Source of the DNA: Tubiluchus corallicola
Lineage: Eukaryota; Animalia; Priapulida
Assembly: GCA_030141605.1 (NCBI GenBank)
Contig: JAQGDQ010000159.1
Span: forward strand, 372,001-436,000
Reading direction: 5' to 3'
DNA length: 64,000 nucleotides
Numbering within the stretch: position 1 is the stretch's first letter; every line of letters starts with the position of its first letter. Made by a program: the position numbers and the translations under genes. The notes under the pieces are model-generated. The model saw only the letters and a list, made by a program, of their open reading frames with translations, was not told the origin of the DNA and searched no databases. Shown piece after piece: positions 59,390 through 64,000 of this stretch.

Positions 59390-62300
59390 TTAGCGCGGTA
59401 CAACGCACATTTTAAAGGGCGTGGGAGCTAAAGTAATTCCCAACTTTCCTGTATTTGGTGTTGAAACGTCTTCTCCATCCGCAGCTTTCAAAGTAAATCT
59501 TTGCAATAAGCAAGTTAAAAACAAAAATATCTCCATTTTCGCCAGGAGTTCTCCAAGACAAATGCGTGTTCCAGTAGAGAATGGTATAAACGCATCAGGT
59601 TTGAAAACTTTTCCATTTCCATCCAAGAATCGCTCAGGTAGGAATTCTTCGGGATTTTTCCAGTATTTTGAATCGTGACTAACCGCCCATAAATTCGGGA
59701 TGATCACGGCTCCAGCAGGTATTTTATAACCACCAAGTTCGGCATTCTAGAACAAAAAAATCAATTTATAAGTTTTACACGTCAAATATAGACACAGGAA
59801 AGTTCAAATTTGACTTAGGTAAGTCAAATGTAGACATAAGAATTTCAAATGTGTTTTAGTAACTCAAATGTGACTTAGGTAAGTCTAATGTAGACATAGG
59901 AATTTCGAATGTGTTTCGGTAACTCAAATGAGACTTAGGTAAGTCAAATGTAGATGCATTACTTTGAATAAATCGGTAATTAACTCATTTAAGCGCGAAT
60001 TACAAGAAGATAAACCAAAGATAGTCATCACCTCTTTCATAACTTTGAAAAATGCGTTGTTTATCCTCATACGAAATTCTTTGATAAGCCATAACGTCGG
60101 CAGGAAAGAATAAATCGGTTCCCACTTCCCAATGAACAGTGAATCACTAATTAGTTTTTTAAGCACTGCATTAATGAATTAGTTTATCTCAAGAAACATT
60201 GTTTATTTTAGGAATGTATTGTTTTCTCTAACAGTTCCAATGGTATCTAAAGTTTACAGAATATTAATGAACAATTAGTAGACCTATAAAGTTATTATTT
60301 TCACAATCTTAAGAGCAATTATAAAATTAAGATTAAAGGAGATTAAATTTAACATCCTTAAGCTTTACCACCTATACACATTTGAGATACCAATGTCACA
60401 TTTGACTTGACATGTGTCTACATTTGACTTACCAAAAACGCCTAAGATTTGTTTAAAACCATTATTAACACATTTGAACTATCTAAGTCTACATTTGAAT
60501 TACCAAGACACATTTGAATTACCTAAATCTACATTTGACACGTAAAACCTATAGTAATTGAATAATGCTAGAACTGCATTTCTGCAAGTGTACATTTTTT
60601 ATAATGTGGTACTTCTCTCGTGAAACCGTGCGGACGATTAGTAATACACCACCGTGTCCTCTTCTATGCAATCCCATTGAAGTACAAACTTTAAACATTT
60701 TACCTTCTACGACAGAATCACATATGAAAGATAATTATTTCAATGAAAGATCTGAAATGGCAGAAGTGTCTTAGCCACATTCAAGTGTAGGCCTATGTTA
60801 TGTATATCTTTCCTTCAAACAGAGAAGTAACTGGGTTAGCATAGCAGATAATAGCACCATAGCCATTTTAGCGTTCTTCAATGCGATATCAAGACCTGGT
60901 GTTGCTTAAACTTCAGCTGTGAAACACTGTGATTATTTAGCTAGCTAGCCAGCCACCTACTGATTTTCTTTTTGCCAAAACTAGCAAAAACTGAAACCAG
61001 GCACCTTTGTCGTGGCTCTCAGAACACCAAGAGGAACAACGGTGCTGCATCTCAATATTTCCATGGTCGTTGCATCTGTGTAGGGAAGGTTACCGCGATC
61101 TCTGAGGGAAGGAAACCGGCCACGTCCCACGACATCGTCAATTTCAGCTTGAACCTGTTAAATATTACATGTTTAAGCAAAAAAGTGTGCAATTTACTAC
61201 AACTAAGGCATTTTGTTTTAAATAATTGGTAGTTTTCAAAGACAACGTGATGTCCAAAGCAGTGTGATTAAGTTATAATTTGAACACAAGACAGAACAAA
61301 GAGCAATATTGTCAAGTGATTACTATTCGTCTTGCACACGCCAAACGGGACTTCTTGCTGTGTTTAATGCAGTAGGTCGGTATTCAGTATCGTAATATAA
61401 CAAATTACGTAATACGAATTAGTGCTTTTCCAGAAGCGTCTTTGAAATAAATGAAGACTAATTATGTACCTTTTGTTGCACGTTAGGGTTAAGAATCAGA
61501 ACTGTAATGCCAGGATCGTGAAACATAAACCANNNNNNNNNNNNNNNNNNNNNNNNNNNNNNNNNNNNNNNNNNNNNNNNNNNNNNNNNNNNNNNNNNNN
61601 NNNNNNNNNNNNNNNNNNNNNNNNNNNNNNNNNNNNNNNNNNNNNNNNNNNNNNNNNNNNNNNNNNNNNNNNNNNNNNNNNNNNNNNNNNNNNNNNNNNN
61701 NNNNNNNNNNNNNNNNNNNNNNNNNNNNNNNNNNNNNNNNNNNNNNNNNNNNNNNNNNNNNNNNNNNNNNNNNNNNNNNNNNNNNNNNNNNNNNNNNNNN
61801 NNNNNNNNNNNNNNNNNNNNNNNNNNNNNNNNNNNNNNNNNNNNNNNNNNNNNNNNNNNNNNNNNNNNNNNNNNNNNNNNNNNNNNNNNNNNNNNNNNNN
61901 NNNNNNNNNNNNNNNNNNNNNNNNNNNNNNNNNNNNNNNNNNNNNNNNNNNNNNNNNNNNNNNNNNNNNNNNNNNNNNNNNNNNNNNNNNNNNNNNNNNN
62001 NNNNNNNNNNNNNNNNNNNNNNNNNNNNNNNNNNNNNNNNNNNNNNNNNNNNNNNNNNNNNNNNNNNNNNNNNNNNNNNNNNNNNNNNNNNNNNNNNNNN
62101 NNNNNNNNNNNNNNNNNNNNNNNNNNNNNNNNNNNNNTATGACAAATAGCATTGCTACAATTGACATAAATCTGCATAACGAACCCGTAACAAAATGTGA
62201 CACATTTACAACTACTATACTAGGCTGAGAAACACTAACAGCTTACTTTCGTTTTCAAAAAATCTCATTTAATTTATTAAAATGGCAAAAGTATCAACAA

Positions 62301-63631
62301 ATGCCAATGCTAACAACAGTAGCTAATGCTATGGGCATATCTATTGTTATATTCATCACGTATCAACGTTTAGTACACGATTTAACTTTTTATATACATA
62401 TGTTAACAATCAATATCACAAATTATGTTATTGCAACATATTAAGTTTATAAGAGTCAATACATGGCCAACCTGTTCATCTAGAATGCCAAGGTATTTTT
62501 TAAATGTTGAGTCATCATGTGAGTAGTGCTTCCCAAACACTATGCTACAAATGATTATAGAAATTGACGAAGTCAAATGTTCTTTTATATCATATCCATT
62601 TTGATTATCTTCGTTTTCCATAATATCAAGAAGAACTTTGACCTGAAACAAAATCATTTCATTAAATCAAGGCACACACCAATGCCATATGAATTTGATC
62701 ATAATCATAAGATTTAAAGCCTGCAAGAAACTTAATCCTCCAACTTGGTGAGTGACCAGAAAAGCTATATATTGGTCTAGCATAGTTAAAGAGGACATTA
62801 TAACTTAGCTGCTACCTCCTCCATTATTTTTCCTTCTAAAGAATAGCGTCCCATTCCAAAATCTCTTAAACAACTGAGAGTGAATCGACGATGTTCCTTC
62901 CAGCTTGGACCTTGGGCAAACAATACACCTGCAAAAAATAAACAAGAAAAAGCCAAATTAAATTAAAGCTTCAGGAAAATTGGTCATTGTATCTTGCCGG
63001 CTATAATGAAATCGATAATTGTACCTTACTAGCTTTACTTGACATTGATTATTACGGCTAATCTATTTGAAATTAGACATTCAAAACACGTATTTTTGAC
63101 ATCAACACATATTATAAATGCTGTTACCTTTTTTAGTTTTGTTTGCTTTATTCTTGAATTTATCGCTGCATTTTTGTCTGATTTTGACCACATAACCGCA
63201 ACAAAAGTAATTACTATTTAAATTCACAGTCTGCATCCATATCCTTCCATTTCTGACAGAACTACTCCATATAGCTTAGGCTTACCTTTCGTTAGTTTAT
63301 CCGCATAAATGTCAGTCATTGGGAGATGAGGTCTACCAGAAAATTCTTCTTTGGCAAATGCCTCCTTGATTAACTTTAAATCGTGCAAAATTAGACAAAG
63401 TTGACTTCCCATCTGCAAGTGGTAGATACCACCGTACAATTTTGTCCATTCTCTCAGCTGAGTGTGCGTTTCTGCGACATTGATCCAAGGCAGAGAACCG
63501 AGTATTGGAATCCTGCAGAATGTTGGTCCCGGTGGTAAACCACGCGGAAGTCCAAACAACAGATTGTAAAAATATAAAATAACGAAAAACCCAACCACAA
63601 ATATAATCCAGGTTGCAACTGATGCGTCCAT
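59390..63631 (-). CDS. Cytochrome P450, clan 2 (CYP2-like), interrupted by assembly gap
   Basis: Exons 63286-63631 (Kozak CCACCATGG, membrane anchor, PPGP), 62816-62928 (WKEHRRF, RDFGMG), 62472-62642, [gap 61533-62137], 61470-61532, 61005-61154 (EILR = ExxR), 59390-59746 ([14 protein letters not shown] heme ligand). Confidence 0.93.
59761..60561. mobile_element. Foldback-type element whose TIRs are built from ~20-bp tandem units
   Basis: tcaatttataagttttacacgtcaaatatagac + (tcaaatgt..acttaggtaag)n at 59761-59955 is the inverse of (acatttga..tacc)n + catttgacacgtaaaacctatagtaattga at 60375-60561. Confidence 0.8.
61533..62137. other. Assembly gap (605 N) within the CYP gene
   Basis: Run of n. 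Confidence 1.
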
Positions 63632-64000
63632 GGTGGTTTTTAAGAATGCATTCAGACAGCAATTGCTAGGCAAGTCTTTGTTTCATGCTTCAATGCCCGC
63701 CCGGGTTGCAAAGACGTCTTAACCATTTGCGAATAGATGCTTAAGGACATAATAAACAAACCCTGGAACTTTGAACTAGGTGTATTAATTTATCGGTGAA
63801 AAAACTAGATAATACTTTTAGACTTTTACATAAACGAACGAATATTACAGAAGTTAGGTCGAGCCTATCCAGCACATACAGTACTATTATAGTATCCTTC
63901 ACTTCAAATTATAGTATCATCAATTCAAATTATCGCACTGTGTGAGTCCACGTACGTATAAGATTGTTTTTTCATTGTCACACAAGCGCATGAAAGTAGT

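Noticed and set aside
61458-62228. Long ORFs of 218-254 aa
   Set aside because: Artefacts of the N gap.

Overview
AT-rich, intron-rich animal (invertebrate-like) genomic DNA; taxon cannot be fixed from sequence alone. Five spliced protein-coding genes were reconstructed by hand from GT-AG boundaries and frame continuity: (1) a secreted, GPI-type DM13-DM13-DOMON protein of the Knickkopf/Skeletor family (+, 10277-25241, 16 exons, about 680 aa); (2) an SLC25 mitochondrial carrier (-, 26965-32903, 9 coding exons, 298 aa); (3) a DRAM-family lysosomal membrane protein (+, 35272-44311, 8 exons, 257 aa) with a U12-type intron; (4) an SLC16/MCT-family transporter (+, 48741-58324); (5) a clan-2 cytochrome P450 (-, 59390-63631) interrupted by an assembly gap. 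Introns carry many mobile elements: a very young non-coding LTR element (353-bp LTRs, 1 mismatch, TSD, PBS, PPT) with an internal array of five hairpins, two Academ-like DNA transposon relics, hAT and Tigger-like MITEs, a foldback element and LINE/Penelope fragments. Most ORFs in the supplied track are spurious or exon fragments. No clearly new multi-gene system is demonstrated; the best candidates for something undescribed are the hairpin-array LTR element and a structured GC-rich island upstream of the SLC16 gene. Family assignments rest on recalled motifs, not database searches.
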